This document shows positions 13,530-26,837 of a DNA stretch of 64,000 nt, in pieces. The number at the start of each line of letters is the position of its first letter. Position 1 is the stretch's first letter. Made by a program: the position numbers and the translations under genes. The DNA lies in the NCBI RefSeq assembly GCF_964355755.1, contig NC_092677.1, forward strand, positions 23,857,175-23,921,174. Reading direction: 5' to 3'. The notes below the pieces were generated by a model. That model had not been told where the DNA came from, searched no databases, and saw nothing but the letters and a program-made list of their open reading frames with translations. The DNA is from Antedon mediterranea. Its lineage: Eukaryota > Animalia > Echinodermata.

Positions 13530-13725
13530 TTCGTGTGTGTTTAATGTTCGTATGTGTTTAATGTTCGTGTGTGTTTAATGTTCGTGTGTGTTTAATGTTC
13601 GTATGTGTTTAATGTTCGTGTGTGTTTAATGTTCGTATGTGTTTAATGTTCGTATGTGTTTAATGTTCGTGTGTGTTTAATGTTCGTATGTGTTTAATGT
13701 TCGTATGTGTTTAATGTTCGTATGT
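13530..13725 (+). repeat. 17-bp minisatellite (GTTTAATGTTCGTRTGT), about 11 copies
   Basis: Directly visible tandem array. Confidence 0.95.
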
Positions 13726-13964
13726 CATTTCTATGTGTGTACTTTTATCAATATATTAATTTTAGGTCTAAAATTGTTGTTGTGTTATATCCTTTTCTGT
13801 GTTTATGTAATGAAGGATCTCAAATAAAATTATGCATTAATAATAATAAATGTGATATTAAATTATGCACCATTGAAGTTGCTGTTTGTTCATCATAACA
13901 AGTTTTTTTTTAAAATCTTTACATAATTTTCCATTATTACAAACGGCACCGTCTTCAATTCAGT

Positions 13965-14003
13965 CATGGAGAAATCAGTTAGGAACTAACTGATTTCTCC
14001 ATG
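13965..14003. mobile_element. 39-bp hairpin with P-element-like termini and an exact 7-bp TSD (probable excision footprint or micro-element)
   Basis: ATTCAGT|CATGGAGAAATCAGTTAG-GAA-CTAACTGATTTCTCCATG|ATTCAGT. Confidence 0.7.
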
Positions 14004-14484
14004 ATTCAGTAAAATTAACAATTCATTGACTTATCACATTAAAGAAACGTGTACAGTTAGATGCTATTTATTGTCAGCAATAAGGAGTACCGTATCAAAC
14101 TGTTTACCTGATATTTGGTGAATATATGTAATGTGGCTGTCTGTATCCCTGCACTGGATGTGCGTATAGGCCTACATAGAAAGCGAGAAAATATTAAAAA
14201 TATGAAAATTGATAATCCGAGGTAGGCCTAATGAGAGGAATCAAATTCGGACCACACGTGAAATTGTACAGGTGCAATGCTATGCTTGAATACAACTCAT
14301 TGCTGATAAATGCCGATTGATGTATTGCGACAGGTAAAATGTAGAGACCATGCCAGGTATAACACACCTGAGAAGTGAAACACGGGATGCACCTACGGAT
14401 GATTGTCATTCACGTTACGCCCCCTGGAAGTTTATAAATGAAAGTTATCGGAGTTATTAGGTTTCATGTTTAGTGGTAGTGTAG

Positions 14485-14610
14485 AGCTAATGTCTACACT
14501 ATCAAACTTTATGCGATAAATAATGTGTTGTGCCCATATATGGACATGATGACGTCATATCACTACCATATTTGGGCACACCACACTTTTTTTATAGTGT
14601 AGACAGAGCT
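14485..14610. mobile_element. MITE (~126 bp)
   Basis: TIRs AGCTAATGTCTACACTAT ... ATAGTGTAGACAGAGCT; internal inverted TGTGCCCAWATATGG/CCATATTTGGGCACA. Confidence 0.75.
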
Positions 14611-17264
14611 TAAGTTCTAAATACTTTAACAAGCATTACAACGTTTAGTGGACCCTGTGATGGCATTACCTTTTAGAAAATTCGTTGATCGCACCTCCCG
14701 GTTTTTAGCTGTTACTAGATAGATTCTAACTGACTATCGCAAGTCATCTAGATATGTGTCAAGCTGTATGTGTACAGAATAGACTCAATTCTAGATGACT
14801 TGTCCGTTTGAATCTATTTAAAAATATGATATGTTATCTGCAGCAGTATGTTCTTCTGCTCATAGATCACGTAAGCTTGTTCAATCACACCTCAATTGAA
14901 CATACGATAAGTAGTAAATAGAATATGATTTGCTCTAAGCTTAAGTTTGTAAATAGCATCCATTCAATATTAAATGATACACTACACCAGGGAAGAGCTC
15001 TCTTTCCCGCACAAAACAATCATCCAAAGGAATATACATAAGCCTAAATATAATTGTTTACAATTAATTTTAGAAAGGTTTACGTTCGATTGTGTTTGGT
15101 CTGATAAAATTCAAATATGTATTATATTTTGATAGCTATTTTGAAGTTGCTTTTATATTATCATTTTCTCAATATTACAGAATACATTTAACTCATGCGA
15201 TATCCACCAGAGCAAGTCATTTTGATCTCCAACTCCAACCACATAATTGCAGGTATGCTATAGGCCTATCTATACTCAGTTAAAGTTATTATACTTACTT
15301 ATTTAGACATATTAACTTTTGTCTTAATAGTGTAAGCATAAATTATTAATTCTCGTACACAACTAATCTGCTTTATAAAACTAGATCATAGCATAGCATA
15401 GGAAAATTTAACATTCTAATTGCCATTTCATTAATATCGAAATGGCAAAATGGGAAGAAAAATCGGTGAAAAGATGTGATTATGTGATTTATAAAATAAG
15501 TATGTTGCCAAAAAGCCAACATTTTATTAAATGCGAGCTACGGTACTTTCATGATTTTGTTAAACGCATATTTTCATATCTGTAATTTAGCCTACTGATA
15601 TTTTCTTGAAAGACTACAAATTGACAAAACTTTTATAACTTGTCAGCTAATAGTAAGATTATTCCCACGGAATACAGTAATTATATCACGATGTATCTTT
15701 AAATGAAACGTATAATTGATAACGTACGCATCGACAATCCTACGCGTGTCTTGAGCATGGTGCGGCCGTTTCTTTAGCCATCGTTTAATTAAGCCGCGAT
15801 TAAAACGTATGTAGGCTACACAATCAACTAACATCCCAACGCGTGAATCCGTGTGCAGGTCTCCTACGAAACTTTCTAATTATTTCTCTTTAATTAACCG
15901 TGAACCAGATGTGATTGCACGAAAGGCACCTGTATGTGTGTGAGATAGAAAACAAAGGGAAGGGGTACATAGCAAATCTCCACCTGTACAAGTGTGCTCA
16001 ATTACAAGAAACCTAATCGTTACCAGGCCTCCTACTTACGTTTGAGTTTTAGTAGCTTTGTGTAGGCCTACAATTCGAGGAAACGGAGGAGTACTGTAGT
16101 AGCTTACGGTGGACGATAACGGTAATCAAAATATAGAAATAGGCCTAGATAAATATCAATTTTATTTCTTATGACCATTTACACAAAACGTGGACAGGCG
16201 GTTTCCACTCAGGGTAGATAAGATTCTACGACAAGCTACGACCGCAGGTTGTTGTGAAAATTTGAGAGGTAGAGAGAGAGAGGGTTGGGGGACGGGTGAA
16301 GGTGGAATTCCAATAAAATGATTATAAAGAAAGAACATCCTTTTGCATTTGCACAATAGCATGACACGTGACACTGTATTACATGCAGTGTTACACTTCA
16401 TATCATAGCAATGTGTTTTTACTATTTTAAAGCGTACTGAATTTATCGTCGCGTCCATGTTATCGTAAACAATTATTATTTAATGTTATGATGAATTTCT
16501 AAAATTGATAGTTTTCAATAAAACGATCAATTTTTATTATTTTTATTGCGTGCAGCGATCTGCCACGCGATGGCTGTCATAAAGAATCTTTTAGCAGAGG
16601 CGACGTTTGAACTCTTTCGTAAAAGGCGGCGGTGCAATCGACCGGTCGTACATTGCTGTGTAATGCTATAGTGTGAACAATTAGTGACCGGTGTTTAAAG
16701 TTCAATCGTAATTAATCAACGCGAAGTGCAGGCACTGCGGGTGCGCCGGTCCTTACCTCCATGCAAGAGGTTATCGGTTAGTAATCTCGTCATTTTGCGA
16801 TACCTCTGCATGTCTTCGACTGTTAGATTTCGTTATAGTATATTCGATGACGTAGACCTAGGCCACGAATATCATCCATGCTAACGCATTAGCCCAGTTT
16901 CCTCTAGTTTCACAGTTAAAATCGCTTTAGATCTGATCTGTATAGATATCTAAGCACGTATTTCTTCTAATAGTTTACCCTCGGTGAATGTGTTGCTGGG
17001 TGTCGATAACCTGTAGTGTATAACGTGATGACGCGTCGATGAATAAACCGGTTTTCACTATAATTATAATAACCAGAAATGTTCGATAACGAATGCCACA
17101 CAACGACAAATAAAATTCTTTTACGTTTAAAAAAAGATTTAACTGATATGGGTTTACGACTTTATGCTTATGAAATGATTATGAATACTTGAAATTCATA
17201 AGTCTGTTGTTGTTATTTTTTGTTACCATTTAAGTTTTTGTAAAGGTATTTTTTTTAAATTTTT

Positions 17265-17740
17265 TTTTTTTACTTCAACAATATTCTACGAGGGTGGTCC
17301 ATCCAGCCGAAGCTGATCATTAGGGACCCTCACATCATGACAAGACATAAATATGTAACAATAAAAATTAAATTAAAATAAATATAATTTATATATATGC
17401 CTATGCTTCTTTTATTTCTTGAACTGTTTCTAAATAAATGTTGAATGAATTAATTATATTAAATATTTAATTGATTATTTAATTATTATTTATTTATTTA
17501 CTTGCTTGGTACTTGCTTGGGTCGGGTAACAAGCTAAATAGCTTATATGACCCTTCCTCTTCTTTTCTTTCTTCTCTTTCAAAATTTCTATTGTATAGAC
17601 TTTTGGGGGATCTGGGTACAAGCAATGTTTGTTTATATTTAAAAGATAACTGTAATGACAATATTTTAGTTTGGATGAGAGATGATGTGCTTATAAATGT
17701 GAAAAAGTAATGTAAGAGTCTTCCAATTATCATTAAGCAG
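17265..17740 (-). mobile_element. Decayed L2/CR1-group LINE 3' fragment
   Basis: Minus-strand peptide LLVPRSPKSLYNRNF...SYKLFSLLPDP resembles the C-terminus of L2/CR1 ORF2. It is followed by a GC-richer stem (GAGGGT...ACCCTC, 17290-17331) and an A-rich tail. Confidence 0.45.
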
Positions 17741-18328
17741 TTACTTGAATTGATTTAGGTGCTTTTACAACATGAAAAGGTAGGCTATTCTAAGTCCACA
17801 ACTTTACAACTAATGGAAACCCTTCTACTATTGAGCCAAACTTGTAACTCATGACCTATAGTTCCACACCTGACAATTAATTCTGAATTCTATTTCATGT
17901 ATTATTTTTGGAATTTTGTTATTTAGAGTCACTTCATTTTTTATAGCTAACAATTTAATATATCACACGTTACTAAAAATCAAGACCGCTTTACTGGTCT
18001 GTAAACTTCTCAGTTTTGTCAAGTTAAATGTTTAAGGTCAATCAACCTTTTTTTTTTTTTTTTTTTTTTTATTTCATCATATAATACATTACGAAAGAAA
18101 TCAAATAAAAAAAACTTTTTTTTGGCATTTATTTTCACCGGATATTTTACCACATTAGGTTAAACTACCCAACAACTGAAACAATTATGTCTGTTTTTGT
18201 GTAGCAGAATTTTGCCAAATTTTGTATTTTACCATTTTAAGAGAAAATAATGTTTCATATTTCATGATCATATTATTGATTTATGTACATTTATCTAAAA
18301 TTCATGCCCGTATTTCAACTTCTTTTAA

Positions 18329-18550
18329 AGATATTGTTCCCCAAAAACTAAAAAGATAATAACATCAGAATTTGAATAAGCCGCATGTTTCGACTAAAAT
18401 AAAATGACCGACAAACCGATAAACGGTTCAAATTCAACGAAATTAGCATTTGGCTGGTAGCAAATTTGAATAATTTTCTCTTTAAAACACATTTTCTTTT
18501 CGATCCAATTTATGGTCAAAGTGAATAACTATTGTGTGACATTAATATAT
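18329..18550 (-). mobile_element. Partial diverged copy of the Kolobok-like element at 26045-26519
   Basis: TTAAAGATATTGTTCCCC start. ACATCAGAATTTGAATA, AAATTCAAC, TTGGCTGGTAGCAAATTTGAATA and GGTCAAAGTGAATAACTATT are reverse complements of segments in 26250-26519. Confidence 0.65.
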
Positions 18551-18664
18551 AATAATAATAATATTATATAAACTTCACTGGCTTCCAGTAAAACAACGAA
18601 TTATTTTTAAAGTAATGTTCATTCTTTTTTCCACTTTAATTATACGTAGATCTTCAGTTTGCAA

Positions 18665-18916
18665 AAGATCTCTTAGGTCGACCAGTAATCCATCTGCACT
18701 TTTTGTTCCACCCAGCCGCCTTTGCAGTTGCAGCTCCTAAACTGTGGAACAATCTTCCTGATCCTATTAAAAAAGCATCATCTATCATAGTTTTCAAAAC
18801 ACTCTAAAAACCCATCTTTTTTCTTTGTAATTTCTTTCTGTTTTTTCTCTTACCGCTTTGGGACAATCTTTTGATTGTATAAGCGCTTTATAAATCGAAC
18901 ATTACATTAACATTAT
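18665..18916 (+). mobile_element. L2-clade LINE 3' end fragment
   Basis: Reads RSLRSTSNPSALFVP / AFAVAAPKLWNNLPDPIKKASSIIVFKT / LKTHLFSL* across frameshifts, the classic L2 ORF2 end. The 3' UTR carries CCGCTTTG...AAGCGCTTTATAAAT and an (ACATT)n-like tail. Confidence 0.85.
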
Positions 18917-21687
18917 TCAACAACAAAAATAGTTTGTTTAGGTACAATATTATCTACCATTTTACTACTAGTCAATAAATGTGTTACATATATACATAGA
19001 ATCCGTTTTGTTGTAATTGCTGTAGTGTTTGTATGATAGTGTTTATCAATTGACGTAGGTTAATTTATCATTGTAATTCTAAGCAGAGTATTTGCAATTT
19101 GTAGTGTTTTTTTTTCTCGAATTTTAAGTACAAAATCAACAAACAAGTTATTTAACGTTCGTCATTCGAATACAAAATACTTAACGGATTTTACGCTGAG
19201 CACGAGAGTTCGTCTTTTGATACACTACTTTATCGTGTTGTACACACACATAGTGATATAAGTAATGTTATAACTTATAGTGTTATGATTAGGTAATAGG
19301 ATTATACGTAACGTATCATGGCTTCGTTAAGCTTATGTTATTAGGGTATTTGATTAGGTAAAGTGAGATAAAGTGCAGATTTATTGATACCAAACTTGGT
19401 TGTTATTCATGTCGTAGCTGAAAGCGATGCGGTGACCACAATATCAAATAGCTGCAAAGTTGCCGTTGGCGGCATTAGACTGAGGGCGGTATGTTAAAAC
19501 TTCGACCTGATTTTGTCAAGTACCGGGCTTCTTTTGTAACTAATGGGAACACATTTACGTGTCATATCATATCCATTTCAAAAAACAGATTCTAATATCG
19601 AAGCAACATTTATTTAACACCAGAGTGTAAATAGAATATTGTTATTAAAAGGGACGGACTTTCTCCCTTGTGATGAAGTCCAGTGGCCTGAATCAACTTT
19701 GGACATAAGCCGATGGAAGATGAAAGGAGGGTCTGTCCATTTAGTAATTAAAGGTGTAAATTTAATAAAATACACCTGTATGCAAAAATGACATCAAAAA
19801 ATTATGGTAATTGGAATTGACAGCGCCTTAGTAATTTTGTTTTAACTTCACATCGTTAAAATTTAAATTTAAAATACAGTACAATTTTATGTTAGTATCA
19901 TCTTCATATCAACTTCATTTAGGCCTACCAAAAAAATAATGATGTAACATATTTGCTTATTTTAGTTCTTTCAAAATAAATTATTTATTTTCTCCATAAT
20001 AAAAACAACCCTCTCAAATGTATTGATTATTATTATTACATTGTCGTTGTTTTGTTTTACTTGTTTGTCTTGTTTTGTTTTCTGTTTGTTCAAACTTTAA
20101 TATGATTACAACTTCTTAACAGGCTACCCGTTACAAGTTTTTTTGAAGGGAGACCTCCAAATGTTATTACTTTCTGAGTTTTGCCTTTAGGGCTAATTAT
20201 TTATATTTAAATTTTTATTTGGTTTACTTTGAAAGATAAGAAATAAATGTTATGAATGAATAAACGAAGATAGTACATTCTTTGCGATTTTTTAAAATAT
20301 AGAAACAGCAAACAAAATAACACTAACATTGATTTCTATTATTCATCTAAGAAGAGTAAAATTACACGTTATCCACTACTTTTATTCATTTCATCTTATT
20401 GATAGGATAGTTTAATATTCCATTGTTCTATCTGATTTTTTCGTTAATATTTGCTCATCCTTCATACAGTATTTGATGAAAATTCAATTTAATCTATCTT
20501 TCTTCTGTATTATCCATCTTTTTCATAATTTTCTTATCTTTATTTCTTTACATCTAAAACTTTAATAATAATTACATTTAAATACTCAAATAAAATTAAT
20601 ATACAGGAAAATATATTAAATACTACTGTAATGTAATTATTATTCAATAAAAAAAAATAGACATATCCCTGTACATATACGTAATACGTATAGATTGTTA
20701 TATGCTACATACGATACTTATTTCGGAATATGTCTATTGATATCATTCCTACACTTGCCTTGCTACCCTTAGAGAATAATACAAAATATGCATGAATTAC
20801 TTCGATGAGGGTATAGCCAGCATCAATCTGCCTCTCATTTATAATTTGCCTTAGGCGGGCTAAACACATTCTATACCTGACATAGCTTAACTTCCGTCCG
20901 GGCCTTAAGATACCCTGATTAGAAAATAAAAAAATGTCAATCAATGCTTAGAAATTCGAATTATGTGCATAAATTGTTTAAAACATTAAAAAATTAATTT
21001 AAATTGTGGTATGAAAAATGCAGTAATGAGGTTTGCCTTTCAATTCGTGATAATTTCATACAGTATCTGTAAATTAATGATTAATGTTAATTATCCGCAC
21101 ACGTACAGATTGTAATCAATATTTTATTTTAATGATTAAAAATGTTAAATATTTGATCATGCTGCGAAAAATGTTTATTGAGTGTTAGTATTTAGGAAAC
21201 TATACAAGTCTATAGGCCTATATTCAGGAAACACCACCCTAAATAAATAGGACAGTTTTTGTTTTTTGAAAACGTGAGTTTCCTGGGAGTTTGTTGAATT
21301 CTCCCGGCCCATATAATCACCAGAAAATAAGAAACTAAGTAGGCCTAGGCCGAACAGTAACACCTATAATACATTTACTTAAAACCATACTACTAATGTA
21401 CAGACACACACGGAAACAATGTTGCCTAACTTGTATTGTTTGGTAATATTTATTTCATCATAATTATATTTTTCTTGTTTAGGGTTCGCGCACATAGTAG
21501 CCTAAAAAAAGTTAGGTGTAGCATATATTTAACTTTTTAGTAGTCAACTACCTACTCGGGTAAATAACTAAGCATGCTATATTAACTTTATACATGCTTA
21601 CTCGCTGTATTGTCTATATACGTATAAGTATTTATATGAGAAGTTATAATAAATTATTATTATTATTATTATTATTAACTAACGAGT

Positions 21688-21975
21688 GAGTGAGTGGCCG
21701 AGTGGTTAAGACAGAAATTACGTAGCCATAACATCGGCATGGGTTCGAGGCTCACTCACTCCATGGTTCTTCTCGGATAAGGACTATAACCCGTGGGTCC
21801 AGTGTACACAACTAGCTCGTGTGCACTTTAAAGAACCTAGTACATCTTTCGAGACGGGTAGGGGGTTACCCCGGTGTATTAGTACATCACAGCCACTGAT
21901 CACCAACTGGGCCCTCTGGGAGACCAGTCTTTGACTGAAGAGGTTACCCAGTATAAATATATATTTCAATAAATA
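21688..21975 (+). mobile_element. tRNA-derived SINE with Deu/Nin-like central domain
   Basis: Pol III A box TGGCCGAGTGG (21695-21705) and B box GGGTTCGAGG (21741-21750). Core TCGGATAAGGACTATAACCCGTGGGTCC...CACTTTAAAGAACC...GTAGGGGGTTACCCCGGTG is shared with 45802-46101; AT-rich tail. Confidence 0.8.
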
Positions 21976-22289
21976 TTTCAACTGTTTACGAAAGATTGTG
22001 ATGTGCTCTTGATTACTTACAATCATTAATATATCAGATTATTTATTTTGCATTGGAAGCCGGTCTAAATCTACCAATCAAATTAGATATTATTAATAAA
22101 ATAGTCGATGTCTACACAACGTCAGTGACTTCCGAAAAAAAAAACCTTAACAATTAATGGCAAACTAAAAGACGCCTCCAATTATCAAAGAAAGTTATTG
22201 TAAACTTTCTAATCTGTAGAGGGGGTGGTAATAACTATAGCTTCGTTGTTGCGTCAAGTGAGAGCATGATTCAATAGTTCAATTCACTA

Positions 22290-22620
22290 AATCTCTGCGT
22301 GTCTGTCCGGCTTTACTCAGAGTCTAGGAGTAGCACGGTCTTCAAGCTTGGTTGATGCATCTTGGTATAAGAAAGAACGAGTTTTCGTTCGTTAGTCCAT
22401 TAACGAATCTCAAAATTCTCAAATTGTTCCGATCGAGCTGCTGAAACTTTTGGAAAAAGCTTTCCTGGGGGTAGAGCGCGTATTAAACTGAAATCGAAGA
22501 GGGCGCCACCCAAAATCATGCGATGTCAAAGGTCAATTAAAAATTTCAAAACTGCTCCAATCGAGCTGAAACTTGGGTAAGGTAATCGTGAGGATATATG
22601 GCGAGTATGAATCTGATGCG
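22290..22620. mobile_element. Possible Helentron-associated (HINE-like) repeat remnant
   Basis: GTGTCTGTCC start and repeated CGAGCTG(CTG)AAACTTKG / CAAGCTTGG modules. Family assignment rests on resemblance only. Confidence 0.3.
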
Positions 22621-23003
22621 AGTATACTTGAATACTATTCCTTCATTCTAATTAGTTGACGTTATTTCAAAATCGGCCTCTGTCCCTTATAGACAATATT
22701 GTGTTTCATAATAATAATTAAGCCAAAGAATACTACATTTCTATCATTTGAATTACTTATTCATTATTTTTATATAGACATCAACTAACAATAGAGATAG
22801 AATTAGTTATGAATTTTTTTAGAAAAAGGAAAAATTAAACTTTAAAATGAATTTCAATTCTTTAATTACATCAATAATTAAACTTAAATTGCATACTCTT
22901 GTTTGCCTCTAAATCCAGAACTATTAAACGAATTTTGGTATATAGTCCTTTTACGTTTCTAATCTTTAATATTTTTAAAATGATAACTTAATCAATCAAA
23001 TCT

Positions 23004-23199
23004 ATAATCATAATAACAATTACAATAATTAAACAAAATAATAACTACAAATTACAGTAGTAATGACTATAATGTTTATGTGTTTAAATTTTAAATGTAA
23101 ATATGTATATGTTTGTATGATGTAGTATGTTTAAGCGGATATTAGCCCTTGATAGCATTTGCAGCAATAAAGAAATTGAATTGAAAATTGAATTGAATT
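23004..23199 (+). mobile_element. LINE 3' UTR copy (plus strand) with AATAAA and (AATTG)n tail
   Basis: Reverse complement of 23423-23602. Confidence 0.75.
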
Positions 23200-23422
23200 A
23201 AACAATATTCTTATAACGTGACTTCTGTAGAATCATGTATGTCGCCCCCTATATTTTATATTGGACGATAAAATCGAATACTATTCATGCAAAAATGAAA
23301 TTCCCACTACCCCATCTATGTTCAATAATTATCCTGATCCATTTGACTGACTGTATTCTATAGTGTAAATCGGTTATATAATATCAACTACAACAATTAT
23401 TACGTTGTAAGATTAAATCCCA

Positions 23423-24425
23423 TCAATTCAATTCAATTTCTTTATTGCTGCAAATGCCATCAAGGGCTAATATCCGCTTAAACATACTACATCATACAAA
23501 CATAATTATACATATTTATATATAAAATTTAAACACATAATAATTATAGTCATTACTACTGTAGTAGTTATTATTATTTGTAATTATTGTTATTATGATT
23601 ATTGTTATAGTTATTATAATAATTAATAAAAGTGTAATAAATTATAGGTTACATCTTAAGGGCAGTTTTAATTTCAAGGACAGAAGAGGAAGACACGTTA
23701 AGATGAAAAGATTGAGCGAGTGAGAGTGAGTGAGGAAGAGTAGAGTGAAGAAAACGAGTAGTATGTCCTTTAAAGGGAAGATGAGAAGAGTGTCGATTGT
23801 GGCGAATGACCATAGACATAGTACGAACAGGAGGAAGAAATGGACGAAGAGGGTGTTAAGGGGACTGCGTGATGGCACAAATCAATTTAAGTAAAAAATA
23901 CTAATGCCTTAAAGAGAAGGTAATAATATTGAAATTAGAAAAAATGGCGGGATAGATATAATAAGTAGCATGATCAGAGAGGAGTTTAGCGACATAGAGT
24001 TCGAGACGTTTAATTCGGGCGACTTTACATTGGGGGAGGAGACCATAGGTAGAGCAAGAGTATTCAATAGCAGGTTGTATATGTAGGATTTATATAAAAA
24101 AGCAATAGTATCAGAATCAAGGGAGTGTTTAAGGTATTTAAGAATAGAGATTTTTCTGATTTCAGATTTGTAGACAGAAGAAATTTGAGTGTGCCACTTA
24201 AGGTTGTCAGAAATTAAAATGCCAAGGTACTTTAAATGATGGACCTGTTCAACTATAGTTCTATGAAGGTGTAAAAGGGGGGAACACAGTAGGTATTCTA
24301 CGGAAATCAAAATTTAAAATTTTACATTTGTTAGGGGCGAAGGTTAAACCATTGTTGAGGGACCAGGATTCTAAATGAGATGCTAAAATGGGCAATTGAT
24401 CAAAAGAAGGGTCTTTAAATGAACT
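23423..24425 (-). mobile_element. 5'-truncated CR1/L2-group LINE: frameshifted reverse-transcriptase C-terminal region plus 3' UTR and (AATTG)n tail
   Basis: LASHLESWSLNNGLTFAPNKCKILNF (ORF 24261-24503) and IVEQVHHLKYLGILISDNLKWHTQIS...LKYLKHSLDSDTIAFLYKSYI (ORF 23909-24310) match the W...N.L..N..K and KYLG...D.L.W motifs of CR1/L2 RT, split across frames. Confidence 0.88.
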
Positions 24426-26044
24426 TAATATATTTAAATTTGCATAATTCAATATAGGCCTATATAATGTATTTGTGATTGTAAAATGTTTTAATTTGTA
24501 CAATATTTAAAAAATATCGATACATTTAATGTAATAGCAGAACTATAATCAACAAACATAATCATTACAACGAATAATGATGAAGAACTTACGGTTTACA
24601 TTGTATAGCATAGAAAAAGGCTCTAGAGAAAACTAATTACATTGAAATAGTTTAGAAATAACAAGCAGTAAAAGCTATGTTTCCTACCAGATCAACTATC
24701 AATTATTGGTAATCACATTTAAAAAGAAGAATTCAAATTGGTGTTAATAATAAACAAATATGAATTAAAACGAGTTAATGAAAGTGAAAAAATGTATGCC
24801 TAGGTAATATTCTTAGTCGGTAATTTCTCAAGAAAGAAGAAGTAGAAAGATTTTTTTTAAACATGTTTTTGTGTCTTGTCGTGGTGTTGTTTTGGTAATT
24901 AGTTAGTAACACCAAAAGTAAGACATCAATAAATCACCATAAAACCGTTTATTGCAATTGATGTGGTTTGTTGGTGGGCTGTTTTTATTTTGTTTTGAAT
25001 GCTATGGGTGTTTTTATTTTGACTAGGCGTTATTTTAACAATTTTAATTGTTATAGTAGCCTAATATAAAACAACAAAACAATGTTAAAAAGAAGAAAGA
25101 ATAATAATTTTTTATTTTTTGTTTAAGATAATTAGTTTGTGTTAAAGGAAGACAATTATAATTTGAGAACAAGTTTAAAAAAATGTTTTATGTATATCAA
25201 GTTTAGAAAAGGTTGCCTTTATTATTTATTTACGATTTTTCTTCAATTTTTAGGGGCTGAACTTGATAAGTTCTGACTATTTGTTAGCCCTTCCTTTGAT
25301 ATATAATGTTGTATTTATGTTTACAATGTTTATAACTTATTTTTGGGTTTAAAAAAAGAAAAAAGAAAGAAAGAAGACAGAAAGAAATCATTCTATTTAG
25401 GTTCTTTTCATTCATTTATTCCTAATCGGCGTCGCTACCGTAGGCCTACTTCATTGTTGATTTTCTCAAAATGAAGATTTCCTAAGATAGAAAGTGACTC
25501 GTATGTTTTCATTAATAACTCTTCATATAATAAATATTATTAAATATAGATTATGAATATATAAAAATCTAAACAAATAATATTTTCGACACTACGCCGA
25601 TTTTGTGATGCCATGCCTCAAATGAAGTTCGAAAAAAGAATCCTTTTTTCTGAGTTTGTTTTATATCATATACAGTATTAAACTCCTACTTTTTAATATA
25701 TGGTGTTAAGTATATAATAAACATTTATTAAATAAAATGGAAACAAATCCTTCTTTTACAAAAAAGCGATCGTCAGGGGTATAGAACCGACGGTAATGTT
25801 ATTTATTATGCGACAGGTGTACAGTCGGCCAAATCGTCACTTGATGCAATTTTTTTAACCCCTTCCGAAGATACTGGCGTCGCCCACGGTGATATTTTAT
25901 TTAGGTTTATGTAACTTTCACGAACACCGACATAAAGAATATCGTGTTGTTTACGAGCCTTTGTATAGAAATTCGATGCAAAGAGACACTACCATCTAAA
26001 CTAAAACTTAATAAATCAGCTAGAAGCGGGCCTTGAAGGTTTAA

Positions 26045-26519
26045 AGATGTATTGTCCCCCTGAACATTTTTTTTTAAATTTTTGTTGTTGAATATGCTAT
26101 TTTAATATAATTTAATAGTTATCCACTTTGACTGGGATCGAAAAAAAAATATTTACCTGAAAAAACTGTAATTTAAAGCAAAAAATATTGTATTGTCCCC
26201 CTGAAAACATTTTTTTTACATGTTTTGTGTTGAATATGCCATTTTAATACATATAATAGTTATCCACTTTGACCAAAACTGGGATCGAAAAAAAAAATAT
26301 TTACCTGAAAAAACTGTACTTTAAAGCAAAAAAAATATTCAAATTGGCTGCCAGCCAATGGATGTTTGGTTGAATTTAACCATTTATTTTGTCATTTTAG
26401 TAAAAAACATTATTTTCGTTTTCGTTTTATTTCTACCCAAGTGATTAACTTGATTAAAACAAAATAACCTATTCAAAGTCTGATGTAATTAATCTTTATT
26501 TTTGGGGGACAATACATCT
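26045..26519. mobile_element. Non-autonomous DNA transposon with TTAA TSD (Kolobok-like) carrying an internal ~140-bp tandem duplication
   Basis: TTAA|AGATGTATTGTCCCCC ... GGGGGACAATACATCT|TTAA (16-bp perfect TIR, purine-purine end); 26048-26187 is repeated at ~26188-26340. Confidence 0.85.
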
Positions 26520-26711
26520 TTAACCTATTGGTCCTGTTTATAAGCATACGGTTAAAATTGGTTAACCATTGTGGGTAATTCTCAATTAATTAATTGAGTG
26601 ATTTTAAGGTGGTGGCAATAACTAGAGCAATTATTATACGAGAAGATTTTGTGTGGGGCTGGTATTGTTTTGCGTTACGGTAATTGTTCAAGCAGAACAA
26701 ATATAGACCTA

Positions 26712-26837
26712 TTCTTCTTCTTTTTCTTTATTGCCGGTCCGCCAAATAGTCTGATGACTTTCCCGCCTCGGCTTCTTTGCTTATATCTCGGATTGCTTTT
26801 CTCCAGTCCTGTCTGTTTTCTGCTATTCTCCGAATCG
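26712..26837 (-). mobile_element. RTE-clade LINE 3' end fragment (copy 2) with (GAA)n tail
   Basis: Minus strand reads IRRIAENRQDWRKAIRDISKEAEAGKSSDYLADRQ* followed directly by a GAA-rich tail. Confidence 0.7.

Noticed and set aside
21688-21765. tRNA gene
   Set aside because: A and B boxes are present, but there is no convincing cloverleaf and it runs straight into a SINE core that is repeated at 45802-46101.
23909-24503. ORFs 23909-24310 and 24261-24503 as host genes
   Set aside because: They are frameshifted pieces of a dead LINE reverse transcriptase.
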